A stretch of 63,603 nucleotides of DNA, the filler included, from Octopus bimaculoides (lineage: Eukaryota), in the NCBI RefSeq assembly GCF_001194135.2. It is 7 parts of 4 records of this genome, joined end to end, with 100 filler letters (N's around TTAATTAATTAA, not from the genome) between each part and the next. Parts side by side here need not be neighbours in the genome. Positions count along the whole stretch, not along the records: positions 61,537 to 63,603 come from NC_069005.1; 6 more parts are not named here. One strand, 5' to 3'. The first letter of the stretch is position 1, and every line of letters starts with the position of its first letter. This document shows, piece by piece, positions 62,030-63,603 of the stretch. Below the pieces are notes generated by a model that saw nothing but the letters and a program-made list of their open reading frames with translations, was not told the origin of the DNA and did no database searches. Position numbers and translations under genes: made by a program.

Positions 62030-62283
62030 CGAGGCTGATAAGGTTTCTAATTTAGGCACAAAGCCAGCAATTTTTGAGTGGTGGAGTTTGGTCGGTGGCA
62101 GTCGACTAAATGCCAATGACCCCAGTACTTTAACGGGTACTTCATTTTATCGGCCCCAGAAGGATGAAAAGCAAAGCTTATTACCTCGGCAGGACTTGAA
62201 CTTAGATAATAAATAGTCGGGGAAAAAACCCTCACAAGGCGTATTTTTCCGATGCTCTTACGACTCTGCCAATACTATCATCC

Positions 62284-62333
<50 letters not shown>

Positions 62334-62535
62334 NNNNNNNNNNNNNNNNNNNNNNNNNNNNNNNNNNNNNNNNNNNNNNNNNNNNNNNNNNNNNNNNNNN
62401 NNNNNNNNNNNNNNNNNNNNNNNNNNNNNNNNNNNNNNNNNNNNNNNNNNNNNNNNNNNNNNNNNNNNNNNNNNNNNNNNNNNNNNNNNNNNNNNNNNNN
62501 NNNNNNNNNNNNNNNNNNNNNNNNNNNNNNNNNNN

Positions 62536-62586
<51 letters not shown>

Positions 62587-62781
62587 TAATAATAATAACA
62601 ATTTTGGCTCAAGGTGAGCAGTTTCGACCTTTGTGTTGAACTGGTGGTTATTTTATCAACCCTGAAAGAATGAAAGGCAAAATCGACCTCGGCGTCATTT
62701 GAACTCAGAGCGTAAAGACGGTTGAAATGCCGCTAAGCATTTTGTCCGGCGTGCTAGCGATTCTGCCAGCTCACCGCCTTA

Positions 62782-62830
<49 letters not shown>

Positions 62831-63022
62831 GCATCAAGAGAAACAACAATAACGAACAATGGCAACAAAGATTTGCCATTAAGACATCACAGCAATAAAG
62901 GCCAACAGTTTTGAGAGGCTGGGTTTAGTCGACGCTAAACATTTGGCTGGTACTTTACTTTATCGACCCCTGAAGCTTGAAAAGCAAAGTTAGCATTGGC
63001 GGAATTTGAACTCAGAACGCTA
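62030..63022 (-). mobile_element. Three same-orientation SINE C copies separated by (AAT)n: ~62030-62285, 62601-62782, 62895-63022
   Basis: Family C blocks on the minus strand; the 62601-62782 copy has (AAT)n on both sides. Confidence 0.8.
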
Positions 63023-63047
63023 CATCAATCTTTATCGTAATACATAC

Positions 63048-63121
63048 TTCATGAATTAGCTTCCGTTTTCTTGTCGAGACCGGAAGGAAGTAGTTCTTTG
63101 CTTTAGATTGGTGAAAGCACA
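63048..63121 (-). CDS. Candidate orphan exon
   Basis: On minus: aatttgtttgttgtcag|TG TGC...CAT GAA|gtatgt; 74 nt. The only open frame gives CFHQSKAKNYFLPVSTRKRKLIHE. Confidence 0.3.
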
Positions 63122-63603
63122 CTGACAACAAACAAATTACAAAGGAAACACAAAGAAAAAGCGGGAGAGAGAGAGAGAGAGAGAGAGATGGGGGGAGGGA
63201 GAGAATATGTGTGTCAGACAGAGTGTGTGTGTGAGAGAGTATATGTATGTGTGTATGAGTGTGTGAGAGAGTATATGTATGTGTGTATGAGTGTGTGAGA
63301 GAGTATATGTATATGTGCATGAGTGTGTGTGAAACAAAAGGAGAGAGAGAGGGGGAGAGATGGAGAGAGAGGGATAGAGGGAGAGAGAGAGGGAGAGAAG
63401 GAGAGAGAGAGAGGGAGAGAGGGAGAGAGAGTACGTGTATATGTATGAGTATGTGTACATGTGTGTGTCTGAGAGAGAGAGAGAGAGAGTATGTATCTGT
63501 GTGTGTGTGTGTGTGCGTGTGTGCGTGTGTGCGTGTGTGTCTGTATGTGTGTGCGTGTGTGTGTGTATGTGTGTGCGTGTGTGTGTGTGTATGTCAGAGA
63601 GAA

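Overview
Repeat-dense, AT-rich animal genomic scaffold with many N gaps. The SINE, LINE and microsatellite content looks like an Octopus (coleoid cephalopod) draft assembly; this species call is inference from recognised repeat families, not a search. The only confidently identified gene is the 3' part of an ODF3/SHIPPO-1 (CIMAP1)-like gene on the + strand: exons 24793-24933 and 28208-28303, with the same 47-aa penultimate exon and phase-0 boundaries as vertebrate ODF3. Its 5' exons are not visible. Several orphan exon candidates exist on both strands but could not be assigned to a protein. Nearly all supplied six-frame ORFs are artefacts of microsatellites and N runs. Mobile DNA includes three tRNA-derived SINE families, RTE-type LINE 3' ends, R4/Dong-type RLE LINE relics beside trinucleotide or tetranucleotide microsatellites, Penelope-like pieces (GIY-YIG domain and termini), and Tigger/pogo, mariner, Helitron and MITE remnants. 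Three structures stand out. (1) A ~2.2-kb CpG-rich array at 56628-58789 is built from 21-bp subunits in a 189-bp (9x21) higher-order unit. Its consensus has one open frame, encoding D-I-V-E-x-x-x heptads, and it flips into a tail-to-tail inversion at ~58195, like a foldback element. (2) Twin long hairpin elements at 18617-18789 and 19111-19393 share a leader and outer arms but have unrelated palindromic cores. (3) A CpG-depleted 14-kb block (10133-24436) is bounded exactly by two unsized scaffold gaps.
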